Shown: positions 1 through 11,405 of the stretch, piece by piece
Layout: each line of letters begins with the position of its first letter
How positions within the stretch are numbered: the stretch's first letter is position 1
NCBI GenBank assembly: GCA_963820525.1
Contig: CAWGAA010000001.1
Coordinates: 2,080,001-2,144,000 of the forward strand
Source: an uncultured Spirochaetota bacterium
GTDB taxonomy: Bacteria; Spirochaetota; Spirochaetia; SZUA-6; Fen-1364
Length of the DNA: 64,000 nucleotides
Direction: 5' to 3'
Program-made: the position numbers and the translations under genes
The notes under the pieces: model-generated
Database searches by the model: none
Told to the model about the DNA's origin: nothing
What the model saw: only the letters and a program-made list of their open reading frames with translations

Positions 1-81
1 GCGGTTCAAGGCGCGGGAGGACGCTTTCCTTCCGCCGAGCATCTTCGGGGGCTCGTTTTATTGAGGGGGCTCTCTCCCGTT

Positions 82-726
82 CTATTCGAGATCCGGCCTG
101 TGGAAGAACCGCCATTTCGCGTCCCGCGGCGCGACGGCGAGAACATCGTAATCCATGACGATCCTGGCCGGCGTCGATTCCATTCCCGCAAGCTTCAAGG
201 CCCAGATGTTCCATCCCTTCTCCATGGTGATATCGTCATACCGGTAGTTGATGATGCGGGTCATATCGATGAGCTTGCCGCTCGGGTCGTATATCTTGGT
301 TTCCGTGATCGGATTAAGCCCGTGGATACGGACTTTCCGCGTGGCAAACCGGTAGTAGACGTAGTAGCTGCCTACGGGAAGCTGGGTCGAGCCGGGAAGA
401 ATGTTGGTGAAGTACGCCATGTAGCGATACCTCTGCATCGCATCGAAAATCGAAAACTCGATGCAGTTGCTCACCATGGCGTCGTAGTCGCTGACGGACA
501 CGGACGGAGACCGGGGAACAAGGGTCTCCATGGGAGATGCCTTTTCCCGAGGCACTTCCGGTAAAACCATGCGGAATGAACCGTCCGGCGCGATGTCGCA
601 CTCGGACAGAACGTGGTTCTTGGGGTCGTTGACCTTCGTTCCGAACCAGAAATACGATCTGAGCCTGGCATTAGCCAGTCCGGCGGACTTCCAGTCCTCC
701 ATGATTCCGGTAATGGCGTTGTCCAT
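82..726 (-). CDS. Hypothetical protein, last gene of the ThDP/DJ-1 operon
   Basis: 3' part of ORF 82..1743; ATG at 726 (MDNAITG...) preceded by a GGAGG RBS, just after the stop of the ThDP gene. Confidence 0.7.
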   Translation of the reverse strand: MDNAITGIMEDWKSAGLANARLRSYFWFGTKVNDPKNHVLSECDIAPDGSFRMVLPEVPREKASPMETLVPRSPSVSVSDYDAMVSNCIEFSIFDAMQRYRYMAYFTNILPGSTQLPVGSYYVYYRFATRKVRIHGLNPITETKIYDPSGKLIDMTRIINYRYDDITMEKGWNIWALKLAGMESTPARIVMDYDVLAVAPRDAKWRFFHRPDLE

Positions 727-743
727 ACGACCTCCCTTTTTCC

Positions 744-2396
744 CTAGACGCGTCCCATGGCGAACGGCGGATACACCTCGGATTCGACGACCGCGTCGAT
801 CAACGTCGGTTTTTTGGACCGCAGGGCCTTGATAAAAATCGGCGCGAAATCCTCGATTCGCTCCACGCGGTAGCCCTGCGCGCCGCAGGCTTTTGCGTAG
901 GCGACGAAGTCCGGGTTTTGAAACTGCATGAAGGCGTGGTCCCCGTACATGTCGATGAGGAATTTCTTGATGATGTTGAACTCGCCGTTGTTGAAGATCA
1001 CCCAAATGACGGGAATGTCGTACTGCACCGCGGTCAAAAGCTCGAACCCGGCCATGAGATATGCGCCGTCGCCGACCCCACATACGATCGTCTTGTCGGG
1101 GAACGCGCATTTCATTCCCATGGAAGCGTTGCAGTGGCTGGCCATAGGCCCGAAGCTGCCGGGATTCTGGTAGATCTGGTTCTTTGTGAGCTTCAGGTAG
1201 CAGCTGAGCCACAGCATGTCGGACCCGGCGTCGCCCAAGACAATGCTCTCCGCCGGCAGATTTTCCGAGATGACCTTGACCAGAGCGGCGGGATGGATCT
1301 TCTTCCCGTTGTAGGAGATCGGCGTATCGTACCATGTATCCTTCCCTACGGCCTTCTTCGTCACGGGCGGCTTTCGGGCGGCGAGCTCCGCGAGAATTCC
1401 CTGCAGTGCGGGCTTGATGTCGCTCACCAATCCCACGTCCGCCCTGTACACCTTGTCGATCTCCGCGGGATCGATGTTGACGTGGAGGAGCGTCTTCTTT
1501 TGAAACAGATTCACCCTGTACGCGAAAGTCGCGTTCTGGGCAAAGGAGTTGCCAAGCGACAGGATCATCGAGCATCGATCGAAGTACGCATTGGCGCCGG
1601 GATCCCCGGAAGACCCGAAAACGCCCTGGCAGAGGGGATGGTCCTCGTTGAGGATGCCCTTGGCGTCCATCGTTGTCATGAACGGAATCTGATACGCATC
1701 GACGAGTTGGAGCAATTCGGCTTGGGCGCCGCTTCGGTAACACCCGTAGCCGATAAGAAGCGCCATCGTCTGGTTTCCGGCAATGGCGTCTGCCATGCGC
1801 CCGGCGAGCTCCTTGACCCTGCGCGCGTCGGGCAGGACGGGCTTCACGTCCACTCGGATGGAGCGGAAGCTCAAGACGGTCGCGCCGGTGACGTCCTTGG
1901 GGATGTGAACATGGACGGGACCGGGCCGGCCTTCAAACGCGGTGTTGATGGCCTCCTCAAAGACGTTGCAGGTCTGTTCGGGATCTTCAAGAAGGAAGGA
2001 TTTCTTCGTCGTGAGAGAGAACATCTTGTGGGAATCAGGGGTCCGGTTCAAGCCCGATGCCTCATTGAGCGCGCCCTTGCCCCGCATGCCCGCAGAGACG
2101 TATCCCGTGATCCCGAGGATGGGCAGCGAGTCGGAATAAGCCACCGCCATGCCGGAAAACAGATTGAACGCGCCCGGTCCGCCGGTGGCGAAACACACCC
2201 CAAGCTTCCGGGAGAACATCGCGTAACCGCAGGCCATGAAGGACGCGGCCTGCTCGTTGCGTACGATTACCGTCTTGATCAGCTTGGAGTCTCGAAGGGC
2301 CAACAGCATGGTGGCGTTCACCTGGCCCGAACCGCCGAAGACGTGGTCCACGCCGACCGACTCGAGGATCTTCACGACGCTTTGATTGACGTCCAC
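744..2396 (-). CDS. Thiamine diphosphate-dependent enzyme (acetolactate synthase large subunit-like)
   Basis: RNEQAASFMACGYA, TGGPGAFN and the GDGAY...NNG ThDP-binding motif; GTG start at 2396 with GGAGG RBS. Confidence 0.9.
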   Translation of the reverse strand: MDVNQSVVKILESVGVDHVFGGSGQVNATMLLALRDSKLIKTVIVRNEQAASFMACGYAMFSRKLGVCFATGGPGAFNLFSGMAVAYSDSLPILGITGYVSAGMRGKGALNEASGLNRTPDSHKMFSLTTKKSFLLEDPEQTCNVFEEAINTAFEGRPGPVHVHIPKDVTGATVLSFRSIRVDVKPVLPDARRVKELAGRMADAIAGNQTMALLIGYGCYRSGAQAELLQLVDAYQIPFMTTMDAKGILNEDHPLCQGVFGSSGDPGANAYFDRCSMILSLGNSFAQNATFAYRVNLFQKKTLLHVNIDPAEIDKVYRADVGLVSDIKPALQGILAELAARKPPVTKKAVGKDTWYDTPISYNGKKIHPAALVKVISENLPAESIVLGDAGSDMLWLSCYLKLTKNQIYQNPGSFGPMASHCNASMGMKCAFPDKTIVCGVGDGAYLMAGFELLTAVQYDIPVIWVIFNNGEFNIIKKFLIDMYGDHAFMQFQNPDFVAYAKACGAQGYRVERIEDFAPIFIKALRSKKPTLIDAVVESEVYPPFAMGRV

Positions 2397-2398
2397 GG

Positions 2399-2626
2399 CT
2401 AGGCCTCCCTTTTTTCGTTGAACCTCGCTCGTATCGTCTTTGGGGGATTCTTGGAGAAGACGACTCCGTTCGTGCCGGCATTGTCCAGGGTGTAGCCGTC
2501 GAAGAAGATGTAGATCCGGTCTTTCGGAACATTGGTCAACTCGGAGAAGATGGAAACATACTTGTCGGCGATGACCGCTTTTTGGTCTTCGGTCAACTCC
2601 AGGCTCTGGATGGTGATGGCGGGCAT
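2399..2626 (-). CDS. 4-oxalocrotonate tautomerase family protein
   Basis: 75 aa with N-terminal catalytic Pro (MPAITIQ) and LTEDQK...LTNVP pattern; AGGAGG RBS. Confidence 0.8.
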   Translation of the reverse strand: MPAITIQSLELTEDQKAVIADKYVSIFSELTNVPKDRIYIFFDGYTLDNAGTNGVVFSKNPPKTIRARFNEKREA

Positions 2627-2681
2627 ACAACCTCCTTGATCTTCCCGCGATCCGGCGCGGGAGCGACTGCAAGAGATTTGC

Positions 2682-3452
2682 CTATAAGGCCTTCAAGACT
2701 TCGGCGATTTTCTCTCCGTAGGCGATGGATGATTCAACGGAGGTCCCCGTAACGAACGGCCAGTCGTAGGCCACCTCGGGATCCTTGCGGGTGGCGGATT
2801 CGCGGGCGATGCATTTCCCCTTGGGTCCTACGGCATCGCGGACAAGGTGCTCCGCCGGCCAGAGAAAGCCCGGGGTATGAACGTCGGTACCCTTGTTGTC
2901 CGGCGTCGTGCCGTACAGATCGTAAGTGAAATCGAATTCCGGGCCGTAGAAGTCCCATGCCGCGGGGTGAGCGGTGATTTTTTTGCCGTAGATGATGCTC
3001 TTGTTGCCTTTCTTCGGGTCACGGATGAACACCAGCGTCGTGACGGCGTAGCAAAGCGCGCCGATCAGTTTGTTGGAGGAATAGGCTTCCCTGATCAGTC
3101 TGTGGAGGTTCCAGTTATTGCACATGTCGATCATCGCGCCCAGGCCGCCGGTGAGGACCACGGCGTCGTAGTCCGCCATTTTTGCGTCCTTGAACTTGAT
3201 CGAATGAGCCCATTCGTTTCCGTCAACCAGCTCCTTGATTCGTTTGCAGACCTCCGGGGGATTGGTGTGGAACTTGATGACGGGATCAAAGAAGTCCGGG
3301 TCCACGCTGACGCGCAGCGGCAGCGGCTTCTTACCCAGGGGCGTGGTCAGCGTGACCTCGAAACCGGCCGTCTTTATGATATCCCAGGGCGCCTGGAGTT
3401 CCTCGCCCCACGATCCGTAGTTCGTCGCTGCGATCAAGACCTTCTTACCCAT
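2682..3452 (-). CDS. DJ-1/PfpI (type 1 glutamine amidotransferase-like) protein
   Basis: GSWGEEL, DYDAVVLTGGLGAMID and IGALCY nucleophile elbow. Confidence 0.85.
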   Translation of the reverse strand: MGKKVLIAATNYGSWGEELQAPWDIIKTAGFEVTLTTPLGKKPLPLRVSVDPDFFDPVIKFHTNPPEVCKRIKELVDGNEWAHSIKFKDAKMADYDAVVLTGGLGAMIDMCNNWNLHRLIREAYSSNKLIGALCYAVTTLVFIRDPKKGNKSIIYGKKITAHPAAWDFYGPEFDFTYDLYGTTPDNKGTDVHTPGFLWPAEHLVRDAVGPKGKCIARESATRKDPEVAYDWPFVTGTSVESSIAYGEKIAEVLKAL

Positions 3453-3496
3453 CTACGTTCCTCCTCTAAAGAGATCCATTTTAAAACCGCGCAGAC

Positions 3497-3832
3497 CTAT
3501 GCCTTGTCCTGTCCAGGGATGACCTTTTTTATCGGCGCGAAGACGTCGATCGCCTCCGTTTCACCCAGGGCGACAAACGAATGCTCGGCGTCGGGGGGTA
3601 TGAAGTAGGCGTCGCCCGCTCCCAGAACGTGCTTCTCGCCGTCGAGCATGATCTCGAAACCGCCCCTGATGACGTATCCGAACTGCTCCTCATTGTGATG
3701 GTGCAGGGGAACCACGCTCCGGTCCGCCATGTTCCAATGGAAGACGCTCATCCGCTGCCCGATTCCCAGGTATTGAAAGATGACCCCGCCGCCGAGGTCT
3801 TTCTTGGAGATTCTCTCATGGTAGCAGAACAT
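3497..3832 (-). CDS. Cupin domain protein
   Basis: PLHHHNEEQFGYV...GDAYFIPPDAEHS cupin motifs. Confidence 0.9.
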   Translation of the reverse strand: MFCYHERISKKDLGGGVIFQYLGIGQRMSVFHWNMADRSVVPLHHHNEEQFGYVIRGGFEIMLDGEKHVLGAGDAYFIPPDAEHSFVALGETEAIDVFAPIKKVIPGQDKA

Positions 3833-3833
3833 G

Positions 3834-4418
3834 TCACTCCTGCCTTTCCTCGATTTTTTCGATGATCGTTCTGGCGAAGCGCGCGAACAGGCCGCCCGTC
3901 CTTGCGGTTACCAGATCCCCGTCTACGACGATATCCTCATCTACATACACGGCGCCGGCGTTCCGGACGCTTCCTATGACGTTGTTGTGGCACGTAACGC
4001 GCCGCCCGCAGATGGTTTCCGGTATGGGATCGAAGATCCACAGGGAGTGGCAGATGCATCCCTTCAGGACAGCGGGATTGGACATGGCTCGGCGGAAAAA
4101 GAGGACTGCCGGCGCCAGGTCCCCAGGTCTTTCCGCATAGCGGAGCATGTCCGCCACATAGCCGGCAGGAACAATGATCGCGGAATACCCGGCCAGCGCC
4201 GCATCGTCGAGATCCTCGAAGCTCTTGTCCACCGTGACTTCCATGCCCAGTTCCAGGCCACGGAAACAAAGCCGCGGCTGCCCCCACAGGCGGGTGAGGA
4301 ATTCGACCCGGATTCCCTCTTCGGGGAATCGATGCGTATAGTAGCTTATTTCCTGGTCGATGAACCGATTCTCCAGAAGGACGCCTATTTTCTTTTCGTT
4401 CTGCATACTCTTTTTCAT
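3834..4418 (-). CDS. DJ-1/PfpI family protein
   Basis: KKIGVLLENRF..E, CICHSLW and VVDGDLVTAR; the start may instead be at 4406. Confidence 0.85.
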   Translation of the reverse strand: MKKSMQNEKKIGVLLENRFIDQEISYYTHRFPEEGIRVEFLTRLWGQPRLCFRGLELGMEVTVDKSFEDLDDAALAGYSAIIVPAGYVADMLRYAERPGDLAPAVLFFRRAMSNPAVLKGCICHSLWIFDPIPETICGRRVTCHNNVIGSVRNAGAVYVDEDIVVDGDLVTARTGGLFARFARTIIEKIEERQE

Positions 4419-4431
4419 TGTCAGAAAAGAT

Positions 4432-4508
4432 CATAGCCTGTCCGGGCCCCTAGCGCAACTACAAGAACAGCCATTCTCAATGTTTGCTGTAGATGCCGGG
4501 CTATGCGC
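4432..4508 (-). repeat. Possible degenerate attC-like hairpin closing the cassette array
   Basis: catagcc(4432-38)/ggctatg(4499-4505) and gcaactaca(4455-63)/tgtagatgc(4488-96) inverted pairs; lies just after the lipoprotein pseudogene stop, at the AT/GC boundary. Confidence 0.35.
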
Positions 4509-5229
4509 GAAGATCTGAATTACCGTCTATATGCACACAATCTTTCATCGAAGAGCTTTTCCTTCTCCTCATTATAAAAAGGGTCTGTAGGAAACAGCCG
4601 ATTAATGGGGTAACGAGAAATGATGGTTGGCTGAAAATGCTGGATCATATTCCAACGATCGGTTTCAGTGTCCTTTCCATCCAATCCCCAACTATCATCA
4701 CGATGAAGCATTAGGCCGAATGTCTTATGATGTTCCTTCACTATTCGTTTGTACTCCGACGCAAATTCATACAAATTGGCCTGGATTGGCGGATAGGTCT
4801 CGCAAATAACATAGTCAATAGTGGGCAAATCACAGATTTTTGAAAGCCGTACTCCTCTCTGAGTTCCCCACGGCACCCACCTGTGAATGAAATCAACACT
4901 GAAGGTAGAATCGATAACTTCTTCGTACGCGAGGCTCCAGTTATGTAAACCGAAATAAATCACACCTTTGAAATTGGGATTATCGCTGTTTACATCTAGA
5001 CAGCCTTTGAAATGCCGCCTATCCATGAGTCAACATACTGAGAAGTGACGAAATCATCCCATGCTGCCCAAACCCCGGTGTTTCTTGGAAGAGAAACCAA
5101 GCGAGTGCCACTCTGGACCGTCGCCGGCACATTATATCTGGGATAATATTCAGTCTTGCCGCCACCATTTGGCACCATGGCTTTAGTATGTACTGGAAAT
5201 TTAGAGACGACTTCCCCGTTATACGCAAC

Positions 5230-6445
5230 TAGTACATAGTCATTGAAGTTTACAATACATTGAACATATGCCATACTGTCTGATGGAGGGGAACAGTATG
5301 GGAGGCAAGAGATATCGGGTTCGGTTGCGAAAGAAAGAGCTGAAGCAGCTCAAAGCTCTTGTTCACAAGGGAGTGCAGAAAGCAAGAGTGATCAACCGCG
5401 CGCGCATACTCCTCATGGCCGATGAGAGCATTGGAGGGGAGCACAAAAGCGACGGGGAGATTTCGAAGATCCTTGCAATCTGCCTGCGGATGGTGGCGGC
5501 GACGCGCGAGAAGTACTGGCGATTTGGGCTACGGCAGGCGCTGGGAGAGAAGCCTCGCTCGGGGCATCCTGCGAAGCTTAGCGGGAAAGGCGAGGCGATC
5601 CTGACCACGATAGCCTGCACGGATGCGCCGCAGGGACGCAGTCGGTGGACGCTGCGGCTGTTAGCGGACAAGTTGGTGGAGATGAAGGAAGTGAAGTCGA
5701 TCTCGCATGAGACGGTGCGAAGGACATTAAAAAAAACGACCTCAAGCCGTGGCAGAAGAAGCAGTGGTGCCTTGGGCAGATAACGGGGGAGTATCTGGCG
5801 CGGATGGAAGACATCCTGGAAGTCTACGAACGGGCCTACAATCCTCGCTTTCCCGTGATCTGCTTCGATGAGCGCCCGTATCAGCTTCTTCATGGGTTGG
5901 CGGAGGAGCTGGCGATGAAACCCGGCCGCGTCGCGAGGGTGGATTACCAGTATCAGAGGCGAGGGACCTGCTGCCTGCTGGCGGTCGTGGAACCTCGGGG
6001 CGGCAGACGGAGGGTGGAAGTGCACCGTCATCGGGGCAAGCGAGAGTATGCCTCCTTCATGAGAAGACTGGCCGCCCAGTGGTACCCGCAGGCTGAGCGG
6101 ATCATCCTGATCCAGGACAACCTGAACACCCACGGCCCCGGGTCGTTCTACGAGTTCTATCCCGCCAATGAGGCCAGAGCTCTGGCGAAGCGCTTTGAGA
6201 TCCACTTCACACCGAAGAAGGCTAGCTGGCTGAACATGGTGGAGATCGAGCTGTCGGTACTTTCGAAGCAGTGTTTCGGGGGACGGATAGCTACCGTCTC
6301 TGAACTGAAACGGCAGGTCAGGGGGTGGGAAAGACGCCGCAACAAGGACCAGGCAAAGATCAGCTGGCGATTCACCACAGAGAGAGCACGCGACAAGCTT
6401 CAAAGGCACTACCAAGCTATTGTGAACTAGATGGACGAGGTACTA
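5230..6445 (+). mobile_element. IS630-family insertion sequence
   Basis: Imperfect ~29-bp terminal IRs (ctagtacatagtc...tacaata versus reverse complement ctagtacctcgtc...cacaata); CTAG target with TA duplication; removing it restores the host ORF. Confidence 0.9.
5298..6430 (+). CDS. IS630 transposase, two ORFs joined by a probable programmed -1 frameshift
   Basis: HTH ORF (RWTLRLLA..ISHETVRRTLKK) plus DDE ORF (CFDERP, QDNLNTH, SWLNMVEIELS); A-run at 5729-5736. Confidence 0.9.
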
Positions 6446-7284
6446 GGTGAACAACGCAGTATTTCTGCCAGGATTTAAGCACCGAGTCGCTGTATGCGGG
6501 AAGATCCCAATAATCGATTCTCTTGTTATTCTGATATCCAGGATCCATCCCACAATAGAGGCAATCCTCATTGAAGAAGTATCCTGAAGTGAAAGGCTTC
6601 ATAGGCTTGAGATATATTCTTTTATACATATTGATGAACCACTCCATTGCTTCCAGATTCATCGAGTCAAAAGCAGGAAGCTTATTGGAAGATCCAAGAG
6701 ACCAGACGGTTGCCGGAACGATCGATCCATCTCGAGTCAATGAATACGCGCGGTATTTCGCGGGGAAGGTATCGTTATTAAAGGCGGGGATGTATTTCTG
6801 AAGGCCCGCGGACGTTAGCCATAGATCTATGGTACTCTTTTTAAACACTTCTGCAACCGCTATGCATGCTGAAATATCCTCAGGATGAAAATAGATCGGA
6901 CCATGTTCGACACCGGATACAGGGTGTTTTTTCAAGATATCCGTAAGCTGGTAGGCTTCCGAGGCAGTCGATATTGCCCCAAAGCTCGAGGTGTAGTAAA
7001 CACTAACTTCCTGCAGGAAATAATATCCTTTAATGAGTTTCTGTTGGTACTACGTTTCGTCATACTGCGGTTCTTCGTGTTTCAGGGTGTTGCACGAAAC
7101 TATCAATAACCATGAGACGAGAGAGACACTACGGATAATATGAGTTTTATTCATAAGAAAACCCATCCTCTCAGCTCCTATGCATGCAAGAACGTCTCGC
7201 CGAAAAAATCGGATCAGCTTCATCAATATGGCTATACCCAACATGCACAACATGTTATTATAGCTACAGCTTGTCGGGTAATTG

Positions 7285-7671
7285 TTAGCTCTCCGGAGCC
7301 CGCTTACCGTGGATACGCGGGGTTGGCGTCTTTCTCGCGGGGGACGGTAGCTTTTTAAGAAGGCGATCGGTGACGCGCAACGACATCCTCTCCATTTGAG
7401 CGATGATTCTGTCCAGTTCGCGGCCGGTGGCAACCCAGACGGCGAGAAGGTCGGCCTGTTCGCGCGTCAGGCGGACTGTGACGGTTTTTCCATCCACCTT
7501 GCGGGTCCACTGGTAGTAGGGACCGTGAAGGCGGGGCGGAGAAGCTTGGCAGGCGCAGCCGGGCTTGCCGCAGGCCATGAAGCGTTTCAGCAAGGTGCCA
7601 CGGCGGAAATAGCCGACTCGGCTGAGGGCGCGCTGGAGCTGCTGGTAGTTTTGCGGAAGATCGGTTTTCAT
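7285..7671 (-). CDS. DUF6788-like small basic Cys/His protein carried inside the IS
   Basis: RRGTL...CGKPGCACQ...HGPYYQWTRKVDGKTVTVRL motif; ATG at 7671. Confidence 0.75.
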   Translation of the reverse strand: MKTDLPQNYQQLQRALSRVGYFRRGTLLKRFMACGKPGCACQASPPRLHGPYYQWTRKVDGKTVTVRLTREQADLLAVWVATGRELDRIIAQMERMSLRVTDRLLKKLPSPARKTPTPRIHGKRAPES

Positions 7672-7682
7672 AGAAATATATC

Positions 7683-7710
7683 TTGACAGAAAACTGTCTA
7701 CAGTTATAAT
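7683..7710 (+). promoter_or_regulatory. Sigma70-like promoter for the transposase, with an operator-like palindrome
   Basis: TTGACA-16 nt-TATAAT; palindrome aactgt-ct-acagtt at 7692-7705. Confidence 0.6.
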
Positions 7711-8912
7711 ACTGTTAGATATGTTGCCCGTCAAGCTTCCCCGGCGTTGGTTTTTCTCCCGGATCCTCGCTTCGATGTGCGTGTGCGTCTTTCTCGGCCT
7801 GGGCATCTTGATCTTCTCCAGCGCCCCCTCCATGGCAGCCGCCGATAGAGCAATCGTTCCCCAGGAGGTTCGTCGTCCATGCAAACCACTTCTGCCAGTG
7901 CCAAGCGCCAACCCGCTCTGATTCCCAGGTCTATGCGCCCGACCATCTCCATCGCGGAGGACCACAGGCTGGTCCAAATGACCGACACCCTGGACTGGAC
8001 AGAAATGGAGGAGCAAGCCCAGCAGATACGATCCGCCAAGCTCAAGAACGCCGCTGGGCGGCCGCCGCACCTGCGCGCCTTGCTGGGAGCTATGCTGCTG
8101 ATGGCCACCCGAAAGCTGACATACCGGGAGGCCGAGGACTTGATCTGCTACTACGCCCCAGCGCGCTACTTGTGCGGGCTGACCGAAACGGAGTGGACCC
8201 CGGACTTCACCACCATCCAGGACTTCACCGAACTGATGGGCGAGCAGGGGATCAAGCTCATCAATCAATGCGTGGTGCAAATGGCGGTGAAACAAAAGTT
8301 GGCAGATCCCAAGACACTGGTGGCCGACACCACAGCGCAGGAAGCGGCGATCCCCTATCCCAACGAGATGGGGCTCATGGCCGGCTTTCTGACCTCGGTG
8401 GCTGCCGCAACCCGAAAAGTTGGCCGAGCGCTGAAGGGATTCGTGCAGGAGACGGTGAGTCAATTCGAGGCGGCCAAGAAGAAGGGGCGAGAGTACCGCC
8501 TGTTCGCCAAGACCAAGGAGAGCAAGGATCGGGTGATGGGGCAGATGATCGCCATCGTCAAGAAGCTCAACGAGCATCTGAGCAAGGCGCTGGGCGCCCC
8601 TGCCGCACAGTGGGAAAAGCTACGCAAGCATGCAATTGTGGCCAAAAGCAAGCTGGTTCAGTTGCAGGAAACGATGAGCAAACTGATCCCGCAGATCCGC
8701 TACTGGATTCGCACGGGCTGCGTGGCCAGCGGCAAGATCATCAGCCTGCATATCCCGCAGCTCTACAGCATCGTACGCGGCAAAGTGGGCAAATCGGTGG
8801 AGTTTGGGCTGAGCTGGGGCATCAGGCGACTGGCGGGGGGTACCTGCTGGCCACGCTGGCCCCGAATCGCCGCGAGTTACAGGACACGAAGTTCGCGGTG
8901 CGAGCGGTCAAA

Positions 8913-10836
8913 CCCATCTTCGACACTTTGAAAAATGAAATGTTTACCCTATAAGGAATTAGAAGACACGAAAATTCTGTTGGCACTACAGATCAACTTC
9001 CTCCGTGGTAGCTCTTATTCGCGAACCGTCTGCGGCACTGCGACACCCGCGGCCTGCAATACTGTGTGGCACACCCCCCGCAGGTCGGTGCGCAGATATA
9101 GCTTTTTGCCATGCATTTCCACTTCCACCTCCTGCAGTGCTCGAAGGTCCCTATTGATATCCGCCCACTCCAGCTTGTCCCCGTGCTTCTCAAGTCTAGT
9201 TTCCAGCTCTTTTCGTAGAACAAGGGCGAGGAAACTGCAGAACACGTGGCCGCGGATCGTGTCGTCAACTTTATGATAGATCGGGCGGGTCTCCAGAAGG
9301 CTCTTGGCCGAACGGAATATCGATTCCACCATCCACAGCTGCTTGTACTTCAGTGCCACATCCGCGGCGGAAAATGCGGTGTTGGTGCGAAGCACCCACA
9401 TGCCGTCGAAGAGTGCCTCCTCGGAGAGCTTGGCCTCGTCGACGGTGAAGTGCTCCTTTCCCGCGGACTTCAGGTATCGCCTGTAGCCCTTGTTGCCCAC
9501 GAGACTCTTGTCCCCGCTTTTGAGCTTCTCTTTCAAAGACTCCACGATGGCCTTTCTGTCCGCGGCATCCTTTCGGGCCTGATCCTCGTTGTAACACACG
9601 ATGTAACGCCTATCCCCCACCCACTGCTCCCGCACCGATAGGGGGGAGGGATCCCCTGCCTTCTTCTTCTCTCCTGTGACTACTTGGAACTTCTCAGAGG
9701 AAGGAAGCACTTCATCGCGTACCGTCTTGTCCTTGTGCATGCGCGCTCCCAGGATGTAGGACATGCCAAGCTCATCAGTTTCAAGTTTCTCGATCGTCTC
9801 TGCGCTTATCATCCCGCGGTCTGCCACCACGCACACCGAAGCGATGGCGAAGCGGCTCTTCAGTCGCTGGACCACAGGGATGAGAGAACTGACATCGGTA
9901 AGATTGCCTGGCCACAGCTCGCAGCAAATCGGCCGCCCAGTGCCGTCCAGCACCGCGCCGACCACCATCTGTTTCAGGTCGGGTCTGTGGTCCTTGCTGT
10001 GCCCGTACTGTCCCAGGCTTTCTCCCCCTTGCCCCTCGAAGTACAGGCTCGTGGTGTCGAAGAACACCAGCTCCAACTCGCTGAACAGATCGCGGTTACG
10101 GCGAAAAAGCTCCTCTTCGATGAGGTCACTTTCGGCATCGCAGGCTTCGCGCATCATGGCCGAGCTGGATGCTCTGTTCTCCCAGCCAGCCCATGGCGCG
10201 GTAGAGGTGATGAAGCTCGATTCCCTCTGTCCCGCTGATCTGGAAATCCTCTTTCCAGCGCTCTGCCGCGCGGTCGCTTCCCGGATCGAAGAGGCGGTGC
10301 AGCACGGTGAGGAAGATCGCCCGTTCCAAGGAGAAGCGCCATGAGCGAGCGGCCACTTGGCCCTTTATCGCCTCTTTGATCCCCAACTGCTGCCACAATC
10401 GGTCGAAGAGAAGGGCGGGACCGATGGACAGTGTGCGGTGCGCTTGGATGGTGCCCTCGCGGTGAGCATCGATGATCGTTCGAATCGAGGAGAACTTCGC
10501 CAGCGATCGGGTGAGGGCATCGATCTTGCCTGATGCGGTGAGTGCATCCAGTTGGCCGAGGGTGGTGAGGACACGTTGTTTGACCTTTTTGCCCTCACGC
10601 TTGCTTTCAACGATCTGAAGGTACTTGTATCCGTGCGAGTTCTTGATGCGGACGAACATTGCCTGCCCCCCCTCTACGGATACTACCATGAAGATGGCAT
10701 CTATGCAAGTATTTTCTTCATAAATTGCCAATTCCGTGGCACTACATAAAGTGGTCCGGTTGTAAAAAAACCTTCAAATTCCCTGCAAATTCGAGGGGTA
10801 CGGCTTCCTGGAGACGCTCAAAGTGTCGAAGATGGG
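8913..10836 (-). mobile_element. IS1634-family element, copy 1
   Basis: IR cccatcttcgacactttg at both ends; 5-bp TSD tcaaa (8908-8912 and 10837-10841). Confidence 0.95.
9015..10659 (-). pseudogene. IS1634 transposase with a +1 frameshift near 10128
   Basis: Near-identical to 11743..13386 but reads aagTgacctc instead of aaggacctc. Confidence 0.85.
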
Positions 10837-11405
10837 TCAAAGACCACATCGCGCTCTTTGGCAAGGCGCCGCTGGCTTATGCCTACGACCGTGGTGGATA
10901 CAGCGCGGAGAATGTCTCCACCTTGAAGAAGTTGGGGGTCAAGGATGTGGGACTGGCCCCCCGTGGACGTACGCAGTGGTCGGTAAGCGGGCCGGTGCGC
11001 GACCGGCTGGTCAGAGAGAGGGCAATGGTGGAGGCGGGAATCGGCACCATCAAGAGCCCGAGATACGGGTTCAATCGTCCAGCTGCTCGTTCGGAGGCCA
11101 TGATGGGAGCGTGTGGGCAGCGCGCTGTGTTGGGATTCAACACCAACAAGCTGATCCGCGAACTTGCCGGGCGAAAGGGGATGACGCTGAACGGCTAACG
11201 GAATACGGGACGCCTGGTCACGAGACTGACAGTGCACCAGCGGGGTACGCACACAAGACACACAGCGCACCGGAAGGCGCGACATAGGTCCGCGGCCCGT
11301 CGAACACCGAGCCAACGGGCGCCTGAATTACCCGACAAACTGTAGCTAATATAAAACCCATCGAATGCAATTCAAGCTTATGTCGCGGTAAATCCCCGAA
11401 TCATT

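Larger units (their letters stand above)
4520..7166 (-). pseudogene. AT-rich lipoprotein gene disrupted by IS630, an in-frame TAG and a frameshift
   Basis: Signal peptide with lipobox (LLIVSC); in-frame TAG at 7050-7052; the frame rejoins across the IS630 site (CVVHL-VAYNGEV); 1-nt frameshift near 4997. Confidence 0.75.
7879..11198 (+). pseudogene. IS5-family DDE transposase, frameshifted near 8838 and split by IS1634
   Basis: ADTTAQE..IPYP, RGKVGKSVEFG, YDRGGYS and ERAMVEAGIGTIK motifs; removing IS1634 gives VRAVK-DHIALFGK. Confidence 0.8.
7263..11346 (+). mobile_element. IS5-like element with a divergent accessory gene, interrupted by IS1634
   Basis: Terminal IR gctacagYttgtcgggtaatt at both ends, each flanked by TA. 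Confidence 0.8.
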
